A DNA stretch of 64,000 nucleotides from Eledone cirrhosa (Eukaryota), in assembly GCA_964016885.1 (NCBI GenBank), contig OZ024753.1:8680001-8744000 (forward strand), in the 5' to 3' direction. Positions within the stretch are counted from its first letter, which is position 1, and each line of letters opens with the position of its first letter. Shown one piece after another: positions 26,352 through 40,748 of the stretch. The notes under the pieces are model-generated. The model was not told where the DNA came from, ran no database searches, and saw only the letters and a list, made by a program, of their open reading frames with translations. Both the position numbers and the translations under genes were made by a program.

Positions 26352-27488
26352 TGATTTCTTTATTGGCCACAAGGGCTGACATCAAGAAAATATTACAGAC
26401 GGTACAGGACGGTACGATGTGGGTTTTGTGCGTGTAAATATTTTTATTATTTATATAAGAAAAGAAAAAAAAAGGACATAAAACATATATATAGATAAAC
26501 AATAAAAATGAAAATTGAAACAATGAAAAATTCCCCAATAGGGGGGAAACCTCCGAGGGTTATTCGTGGCAAAAACCACACAAAAGACCACGGCCACCAT
26601 GACAACCAGGGCAAGCGCCCTCTCTCAATTTTTCCATCTCTCAAACTACAGACGTATATTCAGAGTGGGACCATTCTCGCTACATTCACCCACCTTTCAA
26701 CAAACTTGCTAGAAGGCAGCACTTGCCTCTCCACCCTGATTTTCCTCTTCAAGTGAAACTTGAAAAAGTTAATTAGGGATTTGCCGAAGAGGAAAGTGTC
26801 TGTCTTTAACCCTTTTAACCTTGTCCACCACACAATCTCTTTCGCCATGGCCACCAGGCAGATGACAACTGCCTGCCCTTCCTCCTCGAAGGAAGACGGC
26901 GAGACCATCTGCACAATGAACTCAGTCGACAACCGGATCAGTCCCACCCGCGACAGCAACTATTCGACATAGCTCCACAAGTCAGCAATGCTCGGGCACT
27001 GAACGAGTGCATGCACAACGGTTTCGTCGCTCTGCACGCATCTCGGACAGGCTCGGCTGACGGCACTTCCGTGCCTGTAGAGCTTATCTCGAACTGGCAG
27101 CGCTCCCCGGTAGCACTGCCAGGCCAGGGATTTTTGGAAGTTATCCATAGGCCCCGGGCTGAAAGTTGTCCGGAAGAGAGCAAACAGCTGATCTTCTTCG
27201 ATGCCCAGGATCTCTCCGAGAATGTCGTCGCTCTTCCCCTCCACTAGTCCTCTATAGAACGCCGAGGTGGATGTTCCACCGATACTGGTGCCCAACTGGG
27301 AGAGGGCAGTGAGCACCTGGAGACATTCCAGTTTCCAAGCGCTATCCCTCGGTCTTTTTCTGACCCAGGACTACAGCTCCGTCAAGGAGACGAGCTGCGG
27401 GAAAACGTGCCTGGCGAACGGCGACCACACCCGTTCACCATCAAGGAAGCACCAGAGATGTCGCAGCCTCAGCGCATGTTTGCGCATC
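26352..27488 (-). mobile_element. 5'-truncated Tx1/L1-clade LINE: ORF2 C-terminus with zf-RVT/CCHC plus 3' UTR
   Basis: SLAWQCYRGALPVRDKLYRHG...CPRCVQSDETVVHALVQCP (CCHC), then KEIVWWTR...FFKFHLKRKIRVER; AATAAA and (ATT)n tail; (AAT)n on both flanks. Confidence 0.85.
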
Positions 27489-27504
27489 ATAATAATAATA
27501 ATGA

Positions 27505-27655
27505 TAATAATTGTTTCCACTTTTGGTACAAGGCCAGCAATTACCCCAGTGCATTACTGGTACTTTATTTTATTGACCCCCGTAAGGATGAAAGGCAAAG
27601 TTAACCTCGGTGGGATTTGAACTCAGACAGTAAAGGGCCGTAACTCTATACTGGC
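27505..27655 (-). mobile_element. Nin-type SINE
   Basis: Same core as the other copies. Confidence 0.85.
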
Positions 27656-27757
27656 AACAGTAATGCCTTCTAACACATTTTATTTTTCCAATTCAAGTGG
27701 AAATATTTGTGAAACTATGATAGTAAGCCCAAGTTGGAAAAGTTAGTCTTTCTTTTC

Positions 27758-28120
27758 ATGATGATGATGATGATGATGGTGATTGTGATGATGGTGGTGG
27801 TGGTGAGGGTGGTGGTGGTGGTGATGACGATGATGATTGTGATGATGGTGATCTTGATGATGACGACGATAAGTATGAAGATATAAGTGATGACGCTGTT
27901 GATGACAATGATGATGACTATCATAATGATGATGATGATGATGACAATCATAATGATGATATGATGATGACAATCGTGATGATGATATGATGATGACAAT
28001 CGTGATGATGATGATGATGATGATGATGATTATGATGATAACAAGGACCATGATGATAAGTATGAAGATATAGAGGTGATGATGATGACGATCTTGATGA
28101 TGATGATGATGATGATGAAG
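27758..28120. repeat. (GAT/GGT)n trinucleotide repeat
   Basis: Read directly from the sequence. Confidence 0.9.
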
Positions 28121-28604
28121 TTAATCAGGATAGTTTGCAGCTAATGGCAATTGTTTTACACCCACCCACCCCACCCCCTCCTACCCCGTCCCCTCTTCCA
28201 CCTTCTCCTCTTCCACCTTTTTTCACCACATTTGTATTTGTATGCTGAACAGAACAGTTGTTTCAGAAAGATGTTATTTGTATAACAAAGGTTTCACTGT
28301 ATCTATAAACCTTCCCTAAAGATATTTAAATTGATCTTCTGTCTGTTTCTTGGCCAAATTTATCTAGCACAACAACTTACCACAGAAACTCACACACTGC
28401 AATCTTAAAAACCAGTTAATAATGTACAACCAAAATCTCGTTTATTGTAACAACTGAATTGTTTTAACAGATAAAATTTTGAAATTAATGCAAAAAATCC
28501 ATGGGAGAAATTCAGAAAGATAGAAATTCAAGTGACTGGTGTTGTTATAGTAGGGAGCTGTGGTGAAGGTGTTGATTTTAGTGGTGTCAGTATAGTGAAG
28601 GGGT

Positions 28605-29105
28605 ATGGTTTAGTGGTTAGAGCATTGGGCTTGCAATTGAAAGGATTTGAGTTCGATTCTTGGCCTGGGTGATGCGTTGTGTCCTTGAGCAAGACACTCT
28701 ATTTCATATTGCTCTAGTTTACTCAGCTGTAGAAATGAGTTGTGACGTCACTGGGGCCAAGCTGTATCGGCCATTGCCTTTCCCTTGGACAACATCATAT
28801 ATAGTGTATATATAATGTATATATATAGTGCATATACAGTGTATATATAGAGTATAGAATGTACATATATATAGATTATTAATATTATTATTATTATATA
28901 TAGATTATTAATATTATTATTTGGTGAATTGGCAGTATCGGTAGAGGGTCAGACGCCATGCTTTCTAGCATAGTTACGTCCCTTTACGATCTGAGTTCAA
29001 ATCCTGCCGAGGTTAACTTTGCCTTTCATCCTTATGGGGTCGATAAAATAAAGTACCAGTAATGTACTGGCCTTGTGCCAAAATGTAGAAAATTATTATT
29101 ATTAT
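28605..29105 (+). mobile_element. Meta-type SINE (28605-28797) and Nin-type SINE (28922-29105)
   Basis: A and B boxes plus the respective cores. Confidence 0.8.
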
Positions 29106-29372
29106 TCTCTACATTCCTTACATTAAACTAAAACTATGTTGACAATCTTTTAATAATGTCTTCCTTGTGAAATTTGTGGTTTTGTTTTGCTTAACTAATG
29201 AATATTTCCAGCTCTGCGCACCTAACCTCTGAATGAACCCAGCCATCTAGCTGCCTTCCACTGCATATTGCACATTGAGCACATGCCTTTACACTTTTGG
29301 CTTCTAACTAATTCACCAATCTCTGTTCTCCTCTCCTATCTCCATCTCTCTTTAAAATTGGTTACTCTTGAA

Positions 29373-29414
<42 letters not shown>

Positions 29415-29824
29415 TGTTGTGACATCACTGTTGCCAAGGTATATTTGGCCATAGCCTTTCCCTTGGACATTATAGGGGGTGTGGAGAAAAGAGGCTGGAG
29501 TACATGGGTGACTGCTGGTCTTCCACAAACAACCTTACCCGGACTTGTGCCTCGGTGGGAAACTTTCTAGGTGTAAATTACATGGTCATTTGTGACCGAA
29601 GAGGGTCTACAATATAGGTCTTTGTGGGAGAAGCTGGTAGTGGTTGTGGCGGTAGTGATGGTGGTGTAGATGTTGGTGGTGGTAGTTGTAGTGGTATCAA
29701 TGATGATGGTGGTAGTGGTATTGGTACTGGTACTGACATCAATGTTGGTGTTGGTGGTGATACTTGTAGTGGTGTCGATTTTGGTGGTGTTGGGAGTAGT
29801 GGTGTCGATTTGGGAGCTGGTAGT

Positions 29825-29879
<55 letters not shown>

Positions 29880-29884
<5 letters not shown>

Positions 29885-30088
29885 AATGAGTAGGATCCCG
29901 ACGGCTGAGCTCAAGCCGTTTCGACGGCTAATTCTGGACGCCATACACCTGAGTCCAGAATTAGCTGTCGAAATGGCTTGAGCTCAGCCGTCGGGGTCCT
30001 ACTCATTCCTATTACCCACTCTACTACCCTAAGTATTGAGTACTTTGGTGCGTTATGGTCTACCTGGTTCCTTACCACATTTCCTTTG

Positions 30089-30092
<4 letters not shown>
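29880..30092 (+). mobile_element. Palindromic element, GUC-hammerhead family, with tail
   Basis: Near-identical to 19947-20143; (TA)n flanks. Confidence 0.85.
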
Positions 30093-30128
<36 letters not shown>

Positions 30129-30296
30129 ATAATAATAAATTTGAAGACTAATATATATATATGCAGAGGTTATATTTAATTTGTTGGGATTCAACAAGCT
30201 TAAACATTTTTATAACTGATATAAAGCACTCAACAAGTTAGTGGAGTAAATACACAATATATTAATAAATGGAAACTATATTTATAAAACCATATT

Positions 30297-30362
30297 TATT
30301 TTATTATATATATTTCAAAGGCAACCAAGGCAAATTATGGTGCGCTTTCATCAGATAAAATA
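30297..30362 (-). ncRNA. Minimal type-I hammerhead ribozyme
   Basis: Reverse complement reads tattttat-CTGATGA-stem II-GAAA-tatata-TA-ataaaata. Confidence 0.75.
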
Positions 30363-30520
30363 CAGATTTGTTTTATAAATAAATATTGGCATACCCGGAA
30401 AAAAGACAACCATAATGGTTGGAGCTTCCTGGCTAGTCTTCCTGGACTATCCAGGAAGCTCCAACCGTTAAGGTTGTCTTTTTTCCGGGTATGTCAATAT
30501 TTATTTATAAAACAAATCTG

Positions 30521-30586
30521 TATTTTATCTGATGAAAGCGCACCATAATTTGCCTTGGTTGCTTTTGAAATATATATAATAAAATA
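30521..30586 (+). ncRNA. Minimal type-I hammerhead ribozyme
   Basis: tattttat-CTGATGA-aagcgcacca...tggttgctttt-GAAA-tatata-TA-ataaaata; perfect 8-bp stem I. Confidence 0.75.
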
Positions 30587-30649
30587 AATATGGTTTTATA
30601 AATATAGTTTCCATTTATTAATATACTGTATATATATATATATATACAT

Positions 30650-30990
30650 GGAGGCACATAGCTTAGTGGTTAGAGCATTGGCCTTGCAATCGAAAGGTTG
30701 TGAGTTCAATTCTCAGACCAGGTGATGTGTTGTTTCCTTAAGCAAGACACTTTATTTCACATTGCTCCAGTTTACTCAGCTGTAGAAATGAGATGATAGG
30801 GACTGGGGTCCCTATCATTCCACTGCAAAGTGGTCGTGGAGGTGCCACGGCAAAAAAAAGCACCCTGCACTCACTGTAAATGAGGTTGGTGTTAGGAAGG
30901 GCATCCAGCTGTAGAAATCAAGCCAGAATCAGTTCCTGTCCCACCCTTGCAAGCAGGGAAAAACGGACATAAAATGAAATGAAAAATGAA
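30650..30990 (+). mobile_element. Full-length tRNA/Meta SINE with RTE-derived tail
   Basis: A and B boxes, Meta-like core, aggaagggcatccagctgtagaaa, tail cctgtcccacccttgcaagcagggaaaaacggac. Confidence 0.9.
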
Positions 30991-31344
30991 ATATCATCAT
31001 CATCATCATCATCATTTCATTTTACGTCTGTTTTTTCCCTGCTTGCAAGGGTGGGACGTATATATACACACACACACAGACATATGTGTGTGCGCATTTA
31101 CATGTATACATGCGTGTCTGTTTCCACACATGTCTGAACATTGACAGCATTTAAACAAGTGGTGCCATTTGTTTATGTTCTGCAGCTCAACAATTCAACA
31201 TTTCAAAATCACTAGAATAAATTCTGTACTTCAAACTTAAAATAAAATCTAGATTAGTGTCAAGAAGGATAACCATTCCTAGAATACTGCATCAAAAACA
31301 TATTGCCCAGCAGATGGCAGCACAGAAGAAGTAGATGTAAAAAT

Positions 31345-32040
31345 AATGATGATGATGATGGTAGTCGTGGCGGTGATAGTGTTGGTGGTGGCACTGGTGG
31401 TGGTAATGATTGTTGTTGTTGTGGTGGTGCTGTTGATGGTAGTGGTGGGGATATGGTGGTGGTGGTGGTGGTGGTGATATGGTGGTGGTGGAGGAGGTGA
31501 TATGATGGTGGTGGTGGTGATATGGTGGTGGTGCTGGTGGTGGAGGTGATATGATGGTGGTGGTGGTGATATGGTGGTGGTGGTGGTGGTGGTGGAGGTG
31601 ATATGATGGTCGTGGTGGTGATGTGTGTGCGTTGTTGTGGTGCTGATGATGGTTGTGGTGTGGTGGTGGTGGAGGTGATATGGTGGTTATGATAGTGTTG
31701 ATGGTGGTGGTGGTGATGTTTGTTGTTGTTGTGGTGCTGATGATGGTAGTGGTGGTGGTGGTGGTTGTGTTGATAGTGTTGGTCCTGTTGAGGATATGAT
31801 GATAACGGTGATGGTCTTGTTGATGGTGATGTTGGTGATGATGATGATGATGATGGTGGTGGTGTTGATGATGATGGTGATGGTGATGATATGATGATAA
31901 TGGTGGGGGTGGGGATGATAACAATGGTGGTGGTGGTGGTAGTAGTGGTGGGGATGATGATGATGGTGGTTGTGGTAGTAGTGGTGATATGATGATGGTA
32001 TGATAAAGAAGATGCTGATAATGATGATGATTATGATGAT
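31345..32040. repeat. (GGT/GAT)n low-complexity repeat
   Basis: Read directly; a similar tract lies at 29635-29826. Confidence 0.9.
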
Positions 32041-32694
32041 GTACTTGAGTATTGATTGTTGAAGAATCAGCATATATCTATTGAATGAAATTGTTTAAGA
32101 CCATCTTGCAAATTCTTTTAATACGAGACTGCCTCCAGAATTCTGAATCTGTGAATGCAAATTGCCGACCGTTTTCTTTTAAATAGAGTTCGTCTTCTGG
32201 AAACATATATTATTAAATACTCATTAACATTTGGAAATCACATTATCTCATTAAGCTACATATCTTATTCTATGCATCATGCTAGTTGAGTTTATTAACA
32301 TGACTAAAGTATTTTAAAAGTTAAATACACGAATCTTTCCCCAAATTGCAGCCATACAGTTATTTATGCAGTTCATAAATATTTATACATTCAGTGAAGT
32401 CATATCATAAATAATATGAAATCATAAATCAATAATTTTCATAATTTGCCAGACAACAATTTTCAGTTAATTATATTTAGCAAGTAAAATAAATATCCTT
32501 AACTAAGAAACAGTATTAAAGATAACTATCACATATGAAATAAACTTTTTATTTATTTAATTAAAAGGCATAATGTCTAAGTGTTTTTAAAGAACTGCAT
32601 TTCCAAATACATGGAAATTGATGGAAGCTACAGAGAGGGTAGATCAAAACAAAAAAAAAAACGTAGGACGAGATACTAAAAACTCACCTTGTTC

Positions 32695-33207
32695 ACTTAC
32701 ACCTCTCTAAGACTATGTCACTGGACCGAGATCTTTGGCACCATGCAGTTGCACAGAAGACCCGCCTTCCCTTGCATAAAATCCTATGGTCAGTAGGCAC
32801 CTCTTAACCCAATATACACCCCACCCCACACACCCTACCCCATCCTCCCATTTCCGTCCACTGTGTCGATGACATAACAAAAAGGCTCCCAGTCCACACT
32901 GTAAAGTGGTCGTGTAGGAGACACAGTAAAAAGGCTCCCAGTCCACACTGTAAAGTGGTCGTGTAGGAGACACAGTAAAAAGGCTCCCAGTCCACACTGT
33001 AAGATGGTCGTGTAGGAGACACAGTAGAAAGGTTCCCAGTCCATACTGTAAATGTGGTTGTAAATGTGGTTGGAAGGGCATTCAGTCGTAGAAAACCTGC
33101 CAGGGACAGTTCTGTACGAGCAAGACACGGTCTCCCGACCAATTCCGCATCAAGTGGAACAAAACCATCTAACCCATAGGACGTTAAATGATGATGATGA
33201 TGATGAT
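32695..33207 (+). mobile_element. RTE LINE 3' end with an internal 49-bp tandem
   Basis: cacttacacctctctaagactatgtcactggaccgaga matches 38733-38770; ggctccc recurs at 32884, 32933 and 32982; (GAT)n tail. Confidence 0.8.
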
Positions 33208-33544
33208 GTTCACTTCCCAGTTGAAATATTTCATTCTATTTCAAACCCCATTGGCTGCTGTTTGTAGCTAATCCTGATAAAGTTGACTTACAATTGACAA
33301 ACTATACAAAGATAAACTCATTGTGGTAGTAACCCAAACATTCATCCTTTTCATATCAAACCATTAGATACAGCATTGGCTTCCTCTTGTCTCCAGAACT
33401 GTTTACTTTAAAGTGACTTCTCAGAAAGCTCTTTAGCATTATTTGTTCCAGTGTAGAAACTACCAGTTTGAGAGAGAGAAGACATCTAGAAGCCAATCAT
33501 TAACCCTTTAGCATGATGTGATGATCAACTTATTATATATATAT

Positions 33545-33890
33545 ATCATCATCATCATCATTTCATTTTACGTCCGCTTTTCCCTGCTTGCAAGGGTGGG
33601 ACGGGAACTGATTCTGGCTTGATTTCTACAGCTGGATGCTCTTCCTAACACCAACCTCATTCACAGTGAGTGTTGGGTGCTTTTTTTCCGTGGCGCCTAC
33701 ACGTCCACTTTGCAGTGGAATGATAGGGACCTCAGTCCCTATCATCTCATTTCTACAGCTGAGTAAACTGGAGCAATGTGAAATAAAGTGTCTTGCTCAA
33801 GGAAACAACACATCACTCGGTCTGAGAATTGAACTCACAACCTTTCGATTGCAAGGCCAATGTTCTAACCACTAAGCCATGTGCCTCCAT
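33545..33890 (-). mobile_element. tRNA/Meta SINE with RTE-derived tail
   Basis: Reverse complement of 30650-30990. Confidence 0.9.
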
Positions 33891-33894
33891 CTAC

Positions 33895-33961
<67 letters not shown>

Positions 33962-33987
33962 TACACACACACACACACACACACACA

Positions 33988-34432
33988 ATGATATTAAATA
34001 AATAGAAACTATATTTATAAAACCATATTTATTTTATTATATATTTCAAGGGCAACCAAGACAACATTGGTACGCTTTCATCAGATAAAATACAAAGTTT
34101 GTTTTATAAATAGAGACATACCCATGAAAATCATACCTTATCGGTTGGAAATTCACTGGATAGTCAGTGAATTTCCAACCAATAAGGTATTATTTTCATG
34201 GGTATGTCTCTATTTATAAAACAAACTTTGTATTTTATCTGATGAAAGCATACCAATGTTGTCTTGGTTGCCCTTCAAATATATATAATAAAATAAATAT
34301 GGTTTTATAAATATAGTTTCCATTTATTTAATATCATCGAATATTTACTCCAGGTACTGTTGAGTGCTCTAAATCAGTTATAAACATTTATGTTTGTCGG
34401 ACTTCCAACAAATTAAATACAACTTCTACTTT
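33988..34432 (+). mobile_element. Palindromic pLTR-type element, family C, with two mutated hammerheads (34030-34092 on -, 34231-34295 on +)
   Basis: About 170-bp arms; the + copy has GAAA changed to CAAA, the - copy has a 4-nt stem III loop; tail carries ACTC-cag-gta-ctg-tt-GAGTGCT. Confidence 0.85.
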
Positions 34433-34446
34433 ATATATATATATAA

Positions 34447-35045
<599 letters not shown>

Positions 35046-38000
35046 CACTATCCCACCAGATCTTGCTTTTTTCTGCTATTATTATTAAATGTGAGGCTAT
35101 TCAGGTTTCGCATATTAGCATTTAATTAAAAATGTCCTAAATTTGAACAGAATCAAATATTCCCCCCTCCCCGCCCTGCTCCATTCTATTCCTTTTTGTT
35201 TTGTTTTTTGTTTTGGGTTTTTTTTTTCACACATATATTGAAAAAAAAGAAAATCAATTCTGTTATTTTATTTCTTTCATTTCACTTCTCTGAATTCTTA
35301 TTTATTATTTTTTTGTTATTGTTGTTGTTAGTATTATTATTATCATTATTATTATCATTATTCCTATTCCGACTTTGCATCATTTAATTTTTAGCTTTAG
35401 GAAGAAAATGTTGAAGTCAGAAAGAACTAGAAAAGTCAGGCAAGGAATAAAAATGAATCTTTCCAACTGTTTACTGAAGACTTTTAAAATGATGCATTTA
35501 GAATAGGAGGAGTTTCATTGATATTTTTAATAATAATAATAATAATAATAATAGAAAAAATAAAGTTAATAGAAAAAGGAAAAAAAAATTCATCTTGAAA
35601 ATATTAGTGGCAGAGTAATTGGCTTGTTGATGTGAAAGAAATTAATTTCTTTTCAAACAACAACAAAAATATATAAAAATAAATAATAAAAATAATAAAG
35701 ACAGAAATCATTGCTCTGTTATTGACATTTTAGCAAATTAGAAGAGAATTATGTTATTTTAATTTAAAACAGCTTGAAAACACATTGAATTTAGAGTCAT
35801 GGGGGTATACTTGAATATTCTGTAATGAAAGAAAAAAAACTTTCTTTTTTTTTAAACTTTGGTAACAATCATTTGTGTTGTGTGTACATCCCTTTTGAAT
35901 TTCTATAATAGTAAATATAATTATCAGTCATCATTTTAATAGAACTTTATTTCTTATGCCTCGGTTATTTTCTGTTCATTTCACTGTGTAATGAGGGATT
36001 GTTTCACAAGTGAGCGTCTTTCTCAACTATATTCATCATCAGATTCATTCTAAAGGAGTGATTTCCAATCCATTCACTCATTACATTGATATGCCATGAA
36101 ACCATTCTCTATGTCCTGTGTATTTCTTATCTTTTCTTTATATAGTTAACCTACATATTAATTTATATCATATTTCAAATGATAAAAACTGTCCAATATT
36201 ATGTGTGATTAATAATAACCAATAATTAATATTAACTAATATTTTGGTTGATTTATGAAGTATGTTAGACTTCCATTTATTAGATCCCAACTTAATTAAT
36301 TTTTACTAGTAGAAAACCACCCTTTGGGTGGTTTTCTGCTAGAATGAGTAGTGTCCATATTGATATTATACACAAATATATATATACATGTAGATATGAT
36401 ACGTCAAATAAAATCTTAATTAACAATATGCACAGAAATTGAAGAGTGTCTGTGTTACACTCTCTTCTGTAATCAGTAAAGCAATCCATGATATATTTAA
36501 AAATCATGATATTATATATAAACTGCATTATGGTGAAATGTAATGAAAACGAAAAAGGAGAAAATTAGTGATGGAAATATAAACATTATGATATAACGAT
36601 GCAAATATATGAACATTTATATAAGTGATATGATATAGCATATGGATGCTAACTGGAAGTATTGACATTTGAAAATTTTAAAAGAAGTGAATCTTAAAAT
36701 AAGCAATCATTATATATAAGAATATTTATGTTTAATAAACAGTTATGAAATTTAGTACATAAATTATGTAATATTCAATATTTATTCAAAGTAATCCAAC
36801 TTAGTTTACTAACGGGACAAAAAGATATATTCTGGACACAGTCCAGCACCCTTCTCTTTATTATATTATGATTCACAAAGAACATGGATGGAAATAGTTT
36901 TATATAGAAAAATTAAGTCATAACATGGAGAAATAGCTTCCCTGCTTGGTTTTCGAGTAATTCAAGTTCTTAATAAGTTATTTATGCAGTAATATGGGCA
37001 AAGGATGGACAGTGTTGGTAGAGCATTGGACAATATGCTTTGCAGCATAGAGTTATTTCCTTTTACATTCTGAGTTAAAATCCTGTCGATGTTAGCTTTG
37101 CCTTTCATTCTTAGGGGTTCGATAAAATAAGTACCAGTAAAAGTTACACCCAATATACCATGTAATGTGGTTAGTGTTAGGAAGGGCTTCCAGTCAAAGA
37201 AGCTATGACAAATATGGAATTTATAAGCCAGGTAACCAGATGGGGTTACTCTGACCCATTTGGTTTGGGGCTGCAACAACTCCTCCAACCCAGGTCAGCA
37301 AAGAAAGTGGACATAAAAACAGTGATGATGACAAAGATGATCAGGGACCTAAGAATATGAGGTCTAAATTGAACGTCTATGAAAATCGAAATGGGAATGT
37401 AGGAGATTTAACTACATATTATTCAGCTGTAGAAATCAAGCCAGAATCAGTTCCTGTCCCACCCTTGCAAGCAAGCAGGGAAAGGCGGACGTAAAATGAT
37501 GATGTTGATTATTCAGTATTTAGATTGCCACATGTTTTGTTTATAATACTCCCCCATCATTTTCTAATTAAACACACATAAGCATATATATAGAGAGACA
37601 CACATATACATACATAAGCACACACTCATGTATATATGTATATATATGAATATGCACACAAATACATATATATATAAATTCATACATATATATATATATA
37701 TATGCACACACACAAACTCTTCTTAAAATTCTCCTGTCATAAATGTACAATATTTAAAGTTGCTATCAAAAATAGATATTTTTTCTGAATTTATTTGTAG
37801 TTAGCATTTTTTTTCTAATATATCAGTGAATATATGTAAATATTTACGTAATATTTTATTATTATTATTATTATTATTATTATCATCTCTATTTGAACAG
37901 TAGCTAACTAGCATTTATCGATTAATTTATTTTAAATAATAAAATAAATAAAACAGGCCTAAAAATATTCTAAAATCTTATATCCATCAGCTATCATTTC

Positions 38001-38358
38001 TTCTGAAAGAATCAACTAAAATGGAAAACAAGAATTGCCTAGAGGAAATATTTGGTAGTTATTACAAGAACTCACTACCATAAATTTTTCCCTGTATTCT
38101 AATAATTGTTGTTGTTATTAGCATTTTTTTCCATTTCCATATCAGTATTCTTGACTTAAGAATTCTTCTCATTTCAAAGAAAATATACAGTATTAAATTA
38201 TTTTAAAATTTTGAATCCTAATTCTAAAAAGTTCCTATAACTTAAATTATACTATTTTGCTGTCATATATACAGACACCTCACTAATATATTCTTTAGAG
38301 TTGTATGTGTTATTTTTAGGAAATTAAAGAAAAAATTTAAATTTACAGAACTAAATTA

Positions 38359-38402
<44 letters not shown>

Positions 38403-38516
38403 AGTGATGAAATACCAATGAAGGTTGGAAAATCACTGATGAAGGACTATTTTTATCATATGTAACCCATGTGCAACCACGCAGTATTCATTCTTCTCAT
38501 GTTTTATATATATATA

Positions 38517-39212
38517 CGTGAACGGCAAAGCATAAACGAACTAAGGAAAAAATTAGAGATAAGAGGGATCAGATGTTGTTTACTCGAGAGAAGGCTACGT
38601 TGGTATGGACACGTGATGCGCATGAAAGTCGATAGTTGTATAACAAAGTGCAGGGCAATAAAGATAGACGGTAGTCACGGAATAGGCAGACCTAGAAAAA
38701 CCTGGGACGAGCTGATAAACTCTGACATCACACACTTACACCTCTCCAAGACAATGTCACTGGACCGAGACCTTTGGCGGTACTCAGTAACAGAGAAGAC
38801 CCGCCTTACCTAAATATATAATAAAACCTACTCCAGCCAGTAGGCATCTCTAACAAAATACACCCCGTCCCACCACCACCACCCCCACCCCATCCACACC
38901 ACCCCGTTCTATGTAAAGTTATGTTGGTGCCGCGCCATCCAGGCCGAAACAAATGAGATCGTGTAGGTGTCACGACAAAAAAACACACAGTCCACGCTGT
39001 AATGTGGCCGTGTAGGCAACACGGTAAAAACCTCCCAGCCCCACACTGTAAATGTGGTTGGTGTTAGGAAGGGCATCCAACTGTAGAAAACCCGCCAGAC
39101 AGTCCTATGCGAGCAAGACAACCACTCTTGCCTCAAGTGGGACTACCCCCGTCCAAACCCATGCAAGCGTGGAACACGGACGTTAAACGTTGATGATGAT
39201 GATGATGATGAT
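38517..39212 (+). mobile_element. RTE-clade LINE 3' fragment (ORF end plus 3' UTR)
   Basis: ERRLRWYGHVMRM...GRPRKTWDELI...DRDLWR is the RTE C-terminal signature; stop at 38813; (GAT)n tail. Confidence 0.9.
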
Positions 39213-39227
39213 ATATATATATATATA

Positions 39228-39456
39228 TAAATAAAATAAAATAACAGGAGGCTGGACCAGCTGTCCAGCCTCCTGTTATTTTATGTTATTTTATGTTATT
39301 TTATTTTATTTATAATTAACTCCGTATTCGCACCACCAACTACACAAACGAAGATGGGTGAACTGCACTGCGTTGAGTACTCTTCACAATATTAGACCAG
39401 GATTGACCATACGGAGTGACCAGTTCTATCCAGTGGTGAACCAACAAACCTAAAGA
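39228..39456 (+). mobile_element. Short palindrome-plus-tail element in (TA)n
   Basis: ataaaataacaggaggctggac/gtccagcctcctgttattttat arms; tail with ACTC-cgta...tgcg-tt-GAGTACT. Confidence 0.65.
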
Positions 39457-39812
39457 TATATATATACACACACTTATTTACATATGACTATAAGTGTATA
39501 CAGATACATATATATACTTATATACATATAAATATAAGTATATACACATACATATATACACACACACACACACACACAAATACATATATATGTATGTATA
39601 TACACACATATACATATGACTATAAGTATATACACATACACACACACATATATATATACTTATATAGAAATGAATATAAGTATATACACATAAATATATA
39701 TACACACACACATACACACATATATATGCCTGTGTGTGTGTGTGTGTATATATATATATACATATACTCATATACATTAGAATATAAGTATTATACACAT
39801 ACATGTATAAAT

Positions 39813-39850
<38 letters not shown>

Positions 39851-40324
39851 ATATATATGTTTGTGTGTATACATATACTTATATACATATGAATATAAGT
39901 GTTATACACATACATATCTATATACACACAGGTGTGTGTGTATCCACAGATAGATAAATGAATGTATCTATTATCTCTCATGAATAATTAAACAATAATT
40001 TCATCTAATGAGAAATATAATGTTGCCATTAACCCAACAAAATCCGTTATCTTCATAACATATATTTTTTCCTCTTCTTTATAATAGAGAAAGGATAATC
40101 TACACATCATGATTTGCATAAATTAATAGATTGATGACTTGTCTACTTTAGTGCCTGACAATTTTTGTAGTGAAGTCATGAGGATATGACTGGTATCTGT
40201 TGAAATTTAGAATATAGAATCGTAAAGTAAATTTAATAAAGTGTTTATTTAGTTCTCTGCTTATCTGTTCTTTTATTCTATCACTCTTATGATAAGGGAG
40301 ATAAAGAAATGTGATTAATTTTAA

Positions 40325-40516
40325 AGCAGTGGATTAACAGTATTGGTAGAGTGTCAGACATCATGCTTTGTAGCATAGAGTTATGGCTCTTTATATTCTG
40401 AGTTCAAATTCTGCCAAGGTTAGTTTTGCCTTTCATCCTTACGGGATTGATAAAATAAAGTACCAGTAATGCACTGGATTAATTGCTGGCCTTGTGCCAA
40501 AAGCAAAAACAATTAT
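40325..40516 (+). mobile_element. Nin-type SINE
   Basis: Head, B box and core. Confidence 0.85.
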
Positions 40517-40748
40517 ACAAGGTTGCAACAAATTCCATAAGGAAAATAAAAACATAGTTAATTGAATCCACCTCAATATCTTACAAGTATAAAGTTTATT
40601 GATTCCAGAGAGAAGAAATATTTGATTGTTTCTGTTAATTCACAATGGTAAATTATTTTGAAACATTCAACTTTCAATAAAATCAAGAAAATTAAAACAA
40701 AACAAAACAAAACAATCCTTTACAAGATACAATATAAAATAAATATAG

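Larger units (their letters stand above)
30160..30628. mobile_element. Palindromic pLTR-type element, family C
   Basis: About 175-bp inverted arms (30258-30436 and 30445-30624) plus a left tail; homologous to 33988-34432 and 20186-20372. Confidence 0.85.

Noticed and set aside
31292-32073. Poly-His/Pro/Thr ORFs, also at 27715-28051 and 29567-29981
   Set aside because: Trinucleotide repeats with no splice or domain support.
35401-35439. Possible 39-nt exon with a GC donor
   Set aside because: Non-canonical donor and stops in two frames, including the phase that fits the other exons.
38436-38500. CTGATGAAGG motif; also CTGATGAG at 48833
   Set aside because: No GAAA closing a stem II downstream.
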